Part shown: piece by piece, positions 10,173 to 21,430 of the stretch
Layout of the letters: each line of letters opens with the position of its first letter
Numbering within the stretch: the first letter of the stretch is position 1
From: Neovahlkampfia damariscottae
Taxonomy: Eukaryota
DNA: 54,451 nucleotides
Direction: 5' to 3'
NCBI GenBank assembly: GCA_016618085.1
Contig: JABLTG010000043.1
Location: forward strand, 62,001 to 116,451
Translations under genes and position numbers: made by a program
Notes under the pieces: model-generated
The model's input: only the letters and a program-made list of their open reading frames with translations
The model's database searches: none
Told to the model about the DNA's origin: nothing

Positions 10173-10202
10173 AAAAGAATTACAAAAACTAATTTAGTAT
10201 CA

Positions 10203-10385
10203 ATGTTAGTTAATGGTAATTCTGCTTATGTTGTTGGTTTTTTCTTCATGTTAGATGGAATTATAAATGTTTTTGCAATTCCTTCTCCAATGTGGTTCAA
10301 TGTATTGGATATTGTCTTTGGATACCTTCCAATGAGTTTCATTGCCATGAAAATTTTTGGATCAAAGAAAAACAAAACTCAATAA
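10203..10385 (+). pseudogene. 3' fragment of a small membrane protein gene
   Basis: Two hydrophobic segments, GIINVFAIPSPMWFNVLDIVFGYLPM; no evident 5' part. Confidence 0.45.
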
Positions 10386-10631
10386 AAATCTTGGTGTTAA
10401 ATTTCAGTCTTTTTCATCTGATCACTACAACATCCAGCTGTGTAGAATCAGCACTCAGATTTCTTTCCATTGGACAATCTGGTAGTCCAAAAATAGAAAT
10501 TTTCCTTTTCAAATGATGAAAAAAAAATGATTAAATTCTTTCAATTTCATATTTTAAAAGTGAAATCAATTTTTTCGGCTGAATATTTATCCAATCAGAT
10601 TACTTTCAATTTCGTCCAACAAAAAAACACA

Positions 10632-12223
10632 ATGACAGAAAACATGTCCTCCGTCGCAGAATATCTTTCAAAACATCAACTTGCAAAAGTTATCGAAGAT
10701 GCTGTAAATGATTGCTATAAATCACAAACAAACGATCCACAAACATTTTTAGTAAAAAAAAAAAAAAAATTAAATTTCTTCTTCGTTTGTAGTCAGAATA
10801 TTTCAAAAAAGATGTTTCTTCAAAAACAATCTCAAAAGTTGTCGGAAGAGAAGTCTTAGATTCTAGAGGAAACCCAACTGTTGAAGTTGGTAAGAAACTT
10901 AAAAAAAAAATAATTTTTCTTTCAGACGTTTATTCAGGTGGAAAAAGAGTTGGAAGAGCATCAGCTCCAAGTGGTGCTTCAACAGGTTCAAATGAAGCAA
11001 AAGAACTCAGAGATGGCGACTCAGTAAAAAAAACAACGAAAAAAAAAAAAATTAACGTTTTAAAGAAAAGATATTTAGGAAAAGGAACTTTAAAAGCTGT
11101 TGAGAATGTAAATGGTCCATTAAATTCAGTTTTAAATGGAAAAAACCTTGATTCTCTTCTTGAATGTGATAAAGCAATGATTGAAGCAGATGGAACTGAA
11201 TTAAAAGAAAAACTTGGTGGAAATTCAATTACAGGATGTTCATTTGCAGTTGCAGTTGCAGGAGCTAAATTAGCTGATGAAGAATTATTTTTATATTTAT
11301 CAAGACAATTTGACTCACAAAAAAAGAAATTTAGTTTACCAACACCTTTAGTTAATATTTTAAATGGAGGAAAACATGCTGGTGGAAAACTTAAAATTCA
11401 AGAATTTATGATTGTTCCAGTAGGTGATAAATCATATAAAGAAGCTTTAAGAAAAGTAGCAACAGTTTATCATCATCTTGGTAAAATATTAGTTAAAACA
11501 AAAGGACAATCAGCAAAGAATCTTGGTGATGAAGGTGGTTTTGCTCCAAGTTTAGATACTCCAGATGAAGCTTTAAACGCTATTGAAGATGCTATTAAAG
11601 CTGCTGGATATGAAGTTGGAAAAGATGTTAAATTAGCTTTAGATTGTGCTGCTTCTGAATTTTATGATAAAGAATCAAAAAAATATGAAATTACAGAAGG
11701 TAACTTTGTTACTTCAGAAGAATTAGTTGCTTTTTATGAAAAACTTGTTCAAGATCATCCTGCTCTTACTTCAATTGAAGATGCTATGGATGAATGTGAT
11801 TATGAAGGTTGGGCTAAATTTACAGAAAAATTACAAGATAAAGTTATGGTTGTTGGTGATGATTTATATACAACAAATACTCGTTTAATTAAGTATGTTT
11901 CTTTTTTAATTAATAACATTTCATTTTATAGAAAAGGTCTTGAAGGAAAATGGGCAACTGCTCTTTTATTAAAAGTTAATCAAATTGGAACTATTTCAGA
12001 AGCTATGGATGCTGCAAGAATGATCTTTAAAGAAAATCAAAATGTTGTTGTTAGTCATCGTTCAGGTGAAACTGATACAACAATCATTTCAGATTTGGCT
12101 GTTGCTATTGGTGCTAAATACATTAAAACTGGTGCAACTGCAAGAGGTGAAAGAGTAGCAAAATATAATAGACTTTTACAAATTGAAGAATACCTCAAAG
12201 AAAATAATTTACTTGAAGAATAA
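10632..12223 (+). CDS. ENO: Enolase with N-terminal extension (4 introns)
   Basis: DSRGNPTVEV, PSGASTG, GDEGG, DCAASEF, LLKVNQIG, SHRSGET. Introns at 10752-10792, 10890-10925, ~11024-11065 and ~11893-11931. Confidence 0.97.
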
Positions 12224-12318
12224 ATGTTATTTCTGAATTATGTTTAATTAAATTGGGCACAAATGATTTGATTGGATCTTGATACCTTTTTCTTTTTGTT
12301 GAGTGTTGAGTGTTCAAA

Positions 12319-13179
12319 ATGGCTCCACTTTGTAAACCAGCAACTAAAAGATTATTGGCAACTTGTGGTTTTTATGCTGGTATTGCTTTTTATATACCTT
12401 TGATTATTGTTTATTATGTACTTTCTGTTAGATTACTTTCTGACAGTTTGAATTTATACTACATTCGATTAAGAAATGGTGAATCATTGAATGTTAAAAT
12501 AAATGTAAAAAAAAAAACAAAAAAATAACAATAAAAGGAATATGGACAACGTTATGATTCTTGGAAAAATTTGACATTTAAAGTGAAATTAAATTTACAA
12601 GAAAAAAAGTTATACAGTGATGAATCAGTAAGAAAAATAAAAAATTAAAAAATATAATAGCATGAATCATTTTCAAAATTTGAATGGATTGGTGACTTAA
12701 ATCCTTACTCACCTTTAAAATTCAAAACAAATTTTTCAACTTCATCATTTCACCAAATTTTTGAAGTTTATAAAAAAGAATCAACAGATGTATCTTTTCA
12801 ATTTATAAAGAAAATAAATACAACCAAATATAACAATATCTGTTTAAAGTATAATTTAAAATATAATGAAACAAAAAAAGAAAATATAACTTTATCAGAT
12901 GCATTAGATTCATGTGGTAATGATAAACAGTCAGCTTCAGGAAGGTTAGAAATTGTTGTCAGAGAGGAATCAGATCCAATGTTGTATATACCATTTCAAT
13001 CAAGTCAACCTTATTGGATCAAAGAAATCATTTCTTCACCTTATTATATTGCCACTGTTATTATTTTAATTGTACTTTTTGGGTTAGTCATTTTTATTCC
13101 TTTATTCTCTGTCATGGGTTTATTAATTTATTTGGAACATTTTAAAAAATATAGAAACTTTGAATCAATAAAAGAATAA
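12319..13179 (+). CDS. Hypothetical two-TM membrane protein (spliced)
   Basis: Hydrophobic N- and C-terminal helices; A-rich GT..AG introns near 12505 and 12628. Confidence 0.55.
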
Positions 13180-13233
13180 TTTTTTTTCCTTTTTTTTATG
13201 GAATTTGATTATCAAATCAAAGTGAATAACATG

Positions 13234-13953
13234 TTATTTGAAATTTTCTAAAACATATTTTGAGAAATGATGAAAATCTGGTGTTTTTAAATCAATTTCT
13301 TTTCCTAAATCATCTAATTTTCTTAATTCTAATGCATCTTTTGCGAATTCATATTTTAAGAATTCACTTTGTTCTTGTTCATTTAAAATACCTCCTTGTA
13401 CTTTCAAACTATCTTTACTTGCTTGAGATAAATTCTTATAATAATTTGGATCTCTTGCTAAATATCTTTTTGCTTCAACATGGAGCAAAACAGGTTCTGA
13501 AACTGATTTTGTAAAAAAATTTTCTTTTTAAATTATAAATAATTTCTTGGTATTACCTAAAAAATTTGAACCAATAACTTCATGTTTTGGATTCACATTG
13601 TTAAAAATATCTTTCAAATAATCTTTTTCATCCATGAAAAAATCACCAATATCATGTAATAAACAAGCTTTAAAATTGAAACTTAATCAAAGTTTTTTAC
13701 CTGTTATGAAACTTGAGAGTTAATTTTTTTTTTTTTTTTGCAAATCAAACCTTGAAGATGAACCATTTTTTTCTGCTAAAGTTGCCACTTGTAATGAATG
13801 ATCTACTAATGATAAATCTTCTTGATATTTTTTATCTTTTTTGTATTCAAATAAAGAATGAATAAAATTCAAAATATTCTTTCTCATATTTGGATCATAT
13901 GTTGAATAAAAATGTTTACTATTCTTTGTCAATTTAAAACTTTTTAAAAACAT
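13234..13953 (-). CDS. PhnZ/TmpB-like HD-domain diiron protein (spliced)
   Basis: DHSLQVATLA, ACLLHDIG, KHEVIG, LHVEAKRYL, LSQASKDSLKVQGG, LRKLDDLGK. Confidence 0.85.
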
Positions 13954-14240
13954 TTTCTTTTTGTTTTTGGTTTTAGTTTTTTAATACAATCAAGTTTGGT
14001 TGGTCAATTATTTTAATTGGATGAATAACAAATGGATTGAGACTCTTTATTTTGAAGACTCTTCAAAGAACTTGAAAAAAAACGAAGATTTTATCAATAT
14101 TCTAAAGAAAAAGTAAGAAGAAAACAAAATGAGAAAAGGATGTGATTCATTGTCTTGAAGGATTATTTTTGAGATACTTCAAGTTGGTTTATTCTTATAA
14201 AGATACCAATTGTCCAAGAGTCTTATTGAATAATAAAAAT

Positions 14241-15518
14241 TTAATAAGATAAAGTTTTTGGATTCATTTTTTGCATAACATTATAAACAACTGTATCTAA
14301 AATTCCAGCAATTGTAAAAACTCCACCAATAACTGCGCATAAATTTGTAATGAAATGAAGGAATGATTTTCTTGTTTCCGTGATATGTACCATAATAGGT
14401 GATAAATCATAAATTAAAAATACTCCAGGAACAACATTTTTATGAACTTCATTATGAGGACGAAAATGTTGAGTAACTGAATATTGATTTGTTTTAATCT
14501 TTTGAAATAGAGTAAGTATTCAATTTTTCTTACAACTTCTGAACTACCACTTAATTCATATATAGTTGGTACAACTTTTACGAAATATTGAAATAAACCT
14601 GAACCTTTTGGAATAATTCTCTTTACCCCATCTAAAGGATTTTGTAATCCTGGATATTTTTCACCAAAACCTAATGAATGAATAATATGTGAGGTATTGA
14701 AATGTTCAATTTCATATGATGTATATTCATGTGAAATTCCACCAGCAGTTTGTGTTGATTTTCCAGGAATCAAATGAATATTACCAGCCACCTTATTTAC
14801 TAAAATATAACCGTGTAAATTACATCCTTCAAGAGCAGAGTATTTTTGTTTTCTTTCAAAATTTTCTTCTGTGCATTGTTCAACATCTGCAAAAAAAAAA
14901 TTAGAACAAAGGTAGGTTTTGAACCATCTCCAATTGTTAAACCCCATCCTTTTCTTTGATAAGCTTCTCTAACACTATCACAAGTATTACAACATTGTTT
15001 TGGTGATGTTGCTGCTCCATAACCTAAAAATCATTTTTTTAATTTTTTTTTTTTTTTTTACATGGTCCACAATAATCTTTTGATTTGATTTTTGCAATTA
15101 TTTTATTTTTTTCTTCAACTGTTTTTGGGTCTGTATGTACTTCAAGTTTATAAGCATCAAGTGGTTCACCTGTTTTTAAATCTAATCTTCTTTTATAAAT
15201 AGTTTTTTGAACTCCAATTTGTAACTCACCTGCAACATCAACAACATCAAGTGAAAGAGCTTATAGATTTATATTTATTTTTGTTTTACCTGCGCAACTG
15301 ATTGATGGAAAAGTCATATTTATATACACTTCAATTTTTTTTTCTTCACTGACATCAACAAATAAAGCATCGTTTCTGTGGTATTGCAAATAAAAATAAA
15401 ATTCAGAAAGAAATAAAATTGAAATAATAACTAAACTTGTAATGGATATTATAGCACCTGAAGATGTTTGTATTTTAAAATCTTCCAGAGTTTTTGGGTA
15501 AAAATCAAAACTCTTCAT
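14241..15518 (-). CDS. ERGIC3: ER-Golgi intermediate compartment protein 3 / Erv46
   Basis: KSFDFYPKTLEDF, EGCNLHGYILVNKVAGNIH, FQYFVKVVPT, HFITNLCAVIGGVFT; spliced. Confidence 0.92.
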
Positions 15519-15683
15519 CTTTCTTCTATTTTCAACTTTAAGTCGTGTTCCGATTTGATTGGATGAATGATCTAAAAAAAAAAGTTTTATTTTATCTGTT
15601 TCCTTAAAAATAAATCAAAAAAAAAAACAAGATTTTGTTTTTCTGTTGAGAGTATTCTTTGACCAATCGAAACAAGAAAAAAA

Positions 15684-16123
15684 ATGGATGTAGCAGTTGT
15701 TTGCACAGGTATTATTTTTTTTAATTGTTCTTTAATTTCAAAGGTATAATGGGAGTACTCATGTGGTGTTTAAGTTTAAAAGTAAGTCTCTGTAGAGGAG
15801 CAATGGCTAAAGAACAATCACAAGAAAGTCAAAGAAATTTTACAAACTACAATAGAGCCCATGGTAATACATCAGAAAATGTTCCAATGCTTGCTGTTTT
15901 ATTCATTGGTTATCGTTTATTATTTCCAGAAATGTCAATGGTCATCAAAGCTACAATGATTCTCATCACTTTTTCAAGATTTTTACTCGCCTTTGGATTG
16001 ATTATAAATTCAACAAAACCAACTCAACCACGTTTTATTGGAGCAGTAATTACCCTTTTAGGTGGTGCTTTTCTTTCAGCAACTTTTATTTTAAAAGGAC
16101 TTGGAATTTCATTACCTTATTAA
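15684..16123 (+). CDS. MAPEG family membrane protein
   Basis: RAHGNTSENVP motif with TM helices; intron ~15709-15743. Confidence 0.8.
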
Positions 16124-16147
16124 TTTATAAATAAGAAACTTTTTTAT

Positions 16148-16655
16148 TTAATGACCTTTGTTAAATGTTTTTTTTGAATATTTTCTATGCTTCTTTTTGT
16201 AAAGTTTAATTTTGATGATTCTACATTTTCCATTTTTCCCTCTTCTACCAATTTTTCCTCTTCTACCTCTACATCCTCTTTTTCCAATGAATCCTTGTGG
16301 TCCTCTATAACCTCTTGGTCCTTTTGTACCTTTTGGTCCTCTGAAACCTCTTGGTCCAACACATCCTTTGGAACCTTATGAAAAGAAAATTAAAATTCAA
16401 TGAGAAAATACCTCTGAAACCTCTTGGACCTCTGTCACCTCTTGGACCTCTATCTCCTCTAAATAATCTGAAAAATTGTTTAAAAGTCAAAGTTTTGCAT
16501 TTTTTGAATGAAAATTTTTCGTCTGAATGTTTCAATTTCAAATAATCTTTTGAATGAGGTTTTGAATGAGGTTTCGTTGAAGGTTTAGCAATCTTTGCAT
16601 CTAATGAAGCAAATAAAATAAATAAAGCAAAGAAAAAAATGAGTGATTTCATCAT
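16148..16655 (-). CDS. Small secreted basic collagen-like (Gly-X-Y) protein
   Basis: Signal peptide; removing the intron at ~16376-16411 gives about 22 continuous GXY triplets (GDR GPR..GPK GTK GPR GYR GPQ..). Confidence 0.8.
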
Positions 16656-16820
16656 TAAAACTTGTTGAAAATTTAAATCTGCTTTTTTTTTCAATCAAAT
16701 TTTTGTGGTCTTTATAACTTTTGTTTATCCCAAAAATTAACTGAATTTAGTTTCATTTTGGATAAAATTTCTATATTTGTAAAAAAAAAAAAAAAAAAAT
16801 TCTTCATCACAATTTTTGTT

Positions 16821-18669
16821 CTATTCTTGTTTTTTTTGTTCACCTTGTTCAAATGAATTATCACCTTCAGAATCATCTCCATCAGGATTTAAAAGTTTTT
16901 GAGCTAATTCAAAATGTTTTGGATGATAATGCATTAATTCAATATAAACCTTTTGAATGGATTGAACATCTTGTGCATTTCTCATTTCATCTTTTGTTTT
17001 TAAAACACCAATACCAAAAACAACAGCTAAATTTTCAGGTGTCATTAAATTCTTTTCTTTTTGAGCCGTAACCAATTCACATAAATCTAATAATTCTCTT
17101 AACAAAATTCTATGTTCATTTGGTATTTTTGTGAATAATTCTGAATAGGAATTTAACTTTTCATTAGTATCTTCAATTCTTAATGTCTTTAAAAAGTCAT
17201 CATATAAATCAATAGTCAATAAAGGTATTGGTAATTCTCTAATATAAAGTTTAAAAACAGATGCCACATTATGTGTTAAATCTTCAATATCTTTTGAATC
17301 AAATGGTATAAATTCACCTTGATCCATTTTTACAGCCCATTCTTTTCTATAAGTTGCATCACCAGAAACTCGGAAAATTCCAAAAATACCAGGTGCATGT
17401 ATTTTTAAAAAATCAACGAGAAGTTTAATCTGTTTTGGATATACTTCAGTTTCATGTCTTCTTTCCATAACTTCTAAAATTGGTACTCCAAAAATATTCA
17501 ACTTTCTTTCTTCAATTGGCGTTTTATCTTCTTTGTTAATGTCAAATATGAATTCTAAATTTCCTTGGACATAAAAGTCTTTTTTTTCTTTTCCTGATCT
17601 TTTTTCTAAATTTTTTTTATATTTTTTCTTTAGTTCAATTTTTGAAAGATTCAAAGTTATTTGTCCTAAGAAATCATGTGGACGACCAACATCATAATCC
17701 CAAACTTCAATTCTTAAATTATCATCTATTTTATCGTGAAGTTTAAAATCTAAATGTTCTTCCCAAACAGGATTTAAATTCTAAAAAAAAAAAGTAAAAA
17801 AAAAGGGAGAATCGAACCTTATGAATGACAGTTGTTTTTAATTTTTGATTAGCAGCATAAACTTTGCAATAAGGATCACTAAAACCGTTTAAATCTTGAA
17901 TAGCTAAATCATTTCCTCTAATTATTTTTAAATTTAAAATTCTTGGCATTGATACAAAATCAAGTGGTATTGTATTTCTTTTAACGACCATATCTTTTTT
18001 CTTTTTATTTACAACTTCACTTCCTGAAATCATGAACATTGATTTTGCAACAGATTTTGATTTTGTTGGTGTGAGTGTTCCCAATAGTTGTGGTGGTTCA
18101 TTTGATTCTTCTTCATTCAAAGAGACAAAATTCCAAGTGTCTGCTTCTAAATTATAATATACATAATATAAGTGATATCCTTGAAAAGTTGATGTTTTAA
18201 ATTTAGAGATATTTAATACTTCTCCTGTTTTTTTATCATAAAGTTTTACTGTAACATCTCCTAGGTCTTCTTTTGAACCATGTAAGCGAAATATCAAATG
18301 TTTATAATAATTTTCAGTTGAAAATTCAGCTGATATTTGAAAATGATCATTTGTTTCAATGATTGGTTTTTCATGGTATAAACAACCAGAGACAAGTTGA
18401 GAATTTAAATTGTCAACTGAGTCAAGATAAAATGTGAAAGTATCATAAAGCTCCAATGTAACTTCTGGTATAGCTTTTGATTCAGATGAAATTCCAAAAA
18501 CAACTTCTTGTATTTTTTTTGGAAATTTCTGAGCATTTAGAGACTCAAGACTTCTTTTTGTCATCTGTACTGATGAAGAGATTAATTTTATAGTTTACTT
18601 ACATCTAGGACTTGATATAAACATATCAGGAGGTCCTGTGGGTGAACCATCAGAGCGTGAGATTAACAT
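16821..18669 (-). CDS. C2 domain + RhoGAP protein
   Basis: DLNGFSDPYC..NLNPVWEE..EVWDYD (C2); IFGVPI..GIFRVSG..KLYIRELP..NLMTPENLAVVFG (RhoGAP). Confidence 0.88.
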
Positions 18670-18840
18670 GCAGTGGTTGACCTTTTACCGTTAGAATTTT
18701 TTTTTTTGACCAATGAATTTGTCTCTGGAATAAATCCAATTCAAGAAATTAAGAAAATCAAAAAATAAATCAAAAACAAAAAAATTGTGACCGTTTGTCC
18801 TAAAAATAAATTTCGATTGGTAAGAAATTCCACCAATAAT

Positions 18841-19832
18841 ATGAACACAACTCCAGAGAAAGGAAAAGCAAAACATGTTGTTTATCCAACACTCTGGAAT
18901 ACCAACTATTGGATACTAAAACTTAACTCTGAAGAGGTAAGTTATTGTTTGGACTTATAATCATAATAGTTTGAAAACTTCATTAGAAATTTACTTTTAT
19001 TTCTAACTTCAACTTCGCTTATTAAAGATTCTAAACAAGAATTTAAAATATACAACGATTGTTTTCTTGGTAAACTAATACATTTTTAAATTCAAATTTT
19101 ACTTCAGCAACTGATTTGGTTCAAATCATTCAAAATTGGAAACAAAACTACTTGGATCTTTCTTTGAAACAAAACATCATTGAACTATTTCAGTTTTTAA
19201 AAGATATTGAAGGAATACAAAATATATCAGAAGAACAAAATCCTTTTAATGATTCAGAGGAATTTTTTATGTTCACAATCTCATTTCATAATTTAAACAT
19301 GAACGAACTCTTCACAAAAAGAATGATTGAGAATTTCATTATTTTCAAAAAGATTCAAAAAATTATTTCAAATAGAGAAACATTGAAACAATTTTATTTC
19401 TTTTTTGTTGATGAAGTAAAATTTGAAAATAAAAAAAAATTCAAAGGACATACAAATACGTTCAAAGGGATATCATTTTTTGAATGGATGAAAAATCATT
19501 ATGGATTGACCATATCTTCTTATGGTACTGTACTTTTAACGGAAATTATGAAAGATATGAATATTTTTCAAATTGCAAAAGAAAATGAAATATTTGAAGA
19601 GATTTTATTTTCAATTATCGACGAAAAAGAATTAGAAATTATTTTGGATACTCATTATGAAAAAGAAGAAAAAAAACAACAACAAAACGAAGAAGAAGAG
19701 ATAATTCAATTAAAAAAAAAGAAAAAAATAACACGAACACACTTCAGAACAGGCAGCTTCTGTAAATATGACAGTGATGATGAAAGTCCATTTGAAAAGT
19801 TAAAAGCATTTTCTCATACTTTAATGGAATAA
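18841..19832 (+). CDS. Hypothetical protein (spliced)
   Basis: 238-aa ORF plus short upstream exons; no clear family. Confidence 0.5.
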
Positions 19833-20013
19833 AAAAAAAATATTAAATTATTGACTTTGAAAAAAGTCATTTTGAAAAACTCTTTTTTTTTTCTTTTTTC
19901 AATGTTTCATTTTTTTGTCGTTGAAAAAAAATGCATGAAATGTATATTGATTGGTTGATTTTAAACATTTATTTTTAACCTCTTAGAATTGTCGGTTGAC
20001 AACTCAAAGCTCA

Positions 20014-21369
20014 ATGGAACTGAAAGATGATAATTGTACAACAAAAATGAAAGAAATAGATTTAAGATCTTTTGAATTGAAGAAACCAATAACGAAAAAG
20101 TCATCACTTTACAATTTTGTTGAAGCTCTTTTTTCACCAAAAAAAAAACCAACAATACAAAACTCAGAACTTGATATAAACCAAATAAACATACCTTGTA
20201 TACAAATAGAAAAATCAGAATTTGAAAAGTTAGAAGATTTTATTCAATTAGAAGAATTGGGAAGAGGAGCTTTTTCAAAAGTCATAAAATGTCAAAATAG
20301 AACAACAAAGAAATTTTATGCAATGAAAATATTAAAAAAAATTGTGGTTTATGAAAAAAAACAGATTGAAAGATCAATGAATGAAAAATTAATTCAATCT
20401 GAATTTCTTGGTTGCCCTTTCATTGTAAATTTATATAAAACTTTTCAAGACGATGTTAATTTATACATGATACTTGAATATGTTTCAGGAGGAGAATTAT
20501 TATCTTGGTAAAAAAAAAAAAAAATTGTGTTAATTTTTAAAAATAGGCTCAGAGTCAACAAGAAGTTTTCAGATGATGTTTTTTTTTTTGAATTTCTAAA
20601 TTTTAATATTTTTAGGTGGTCAAATTCATAGCTGCAGAGACATTGATTGGCATTGAATACTTACATACAAAAGGAACAATTTATCGAGATTTGAAACCTG
20701 AGAATATATTAATAGGTATTCAATTTAGTTTTTCATTTAAATTTTATGAAGATAAATCTGGTCATATTAAAATAGCTGATTTAGGATTTGTAAAAAAAAT
20801 TGGAGAACAAAAAACTTATTCAACATTGGGTACTTCTGAATATTTAGCTCCAGAAATTGCAATTGGAAGTGGTCATGATAAAGGTGTTGATTACTGGAGT
20901 CTGGGAGTTTTGATTTATGAAATGTTGGTCGGTAAGAAATGATCGAGAAAATTTAAAAAAAAAAATAGGAAAAACACCGTTTAGTGCTAAACGTGAAATT
21001 GATACTTATAATAATATAATATCTGGTAAAATAGAGTTTCCTAAAGATATTCCAAAAAATGCAAGAGATTTAATCTCAAAATTATTAAATACAAAAAAAA
21101 CCTTACGCCTTGGTAATTCAGAAAAAGGAATCAAAGAAATTAAAGAACATCCATTTTTTGAAGGTAAAATTTATTTTAAATTCATTTCTTTTCCTAAAAA
21201 AGGTATTGATTGGTCACTTGTGGCACGTCGAGAATTGAATTCACCAATTACAGTTGAACTTGATGATCCGAGCTCTTCAAAATATTTCATACCATCAAAT
21301 GATAGAAAAACATCCATTATAGGTGTTAGACTTTCTAACTCTCAAAATGAATTATTTAAAGATTTTTGA
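20014..21369 (+). CDS. AGC-family Ser/Thr kinase (PKA catalytic/PRKX-like)
   Basis: [39 protein letters not shown]; several introns. Confidence 0.92.
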
Positions 21370-21430
21370 TTTCAATTTTTTTTTTTCAACCAATCAATTT
21401 TTTCCTTCAACCTCAGATCAACGTTCAACA

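Larger units (their letters stand above)
1..10200. mobile_element. Degenerate endogenous virophage (Lavidaviridae/Maveriviricetes-like provirophage); left end lies outside the window
   Basis: Intronless cluster with all four virophage morphogenesis genes (MCP, penton, Cys protease, A32 ATPase) plus rve integrase and SF3 helicase, next to intron-rich host genes. Right boundary is approximate (10175-10220). Confidence 0.92.

Noticed and set aside
1..10200. Classical Polinton/Maverick transposon
   Set aside because: The integrase fits, but the MCP, penton, protease and ATPase motifs are virophage-type and no pPolB is visible.
10170..10230. Terminal inverted repeat or target-site duplication
   Set aside because: The left end is outside the window, so no partner sequence can be identified.
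16200..16460. CRISPR-like or tandem DNA repeat (CCTCTTGG units)
   Set aside because: Explained by Gly-Pro-Arg codons of the collagen-like gene; no spacer structure.
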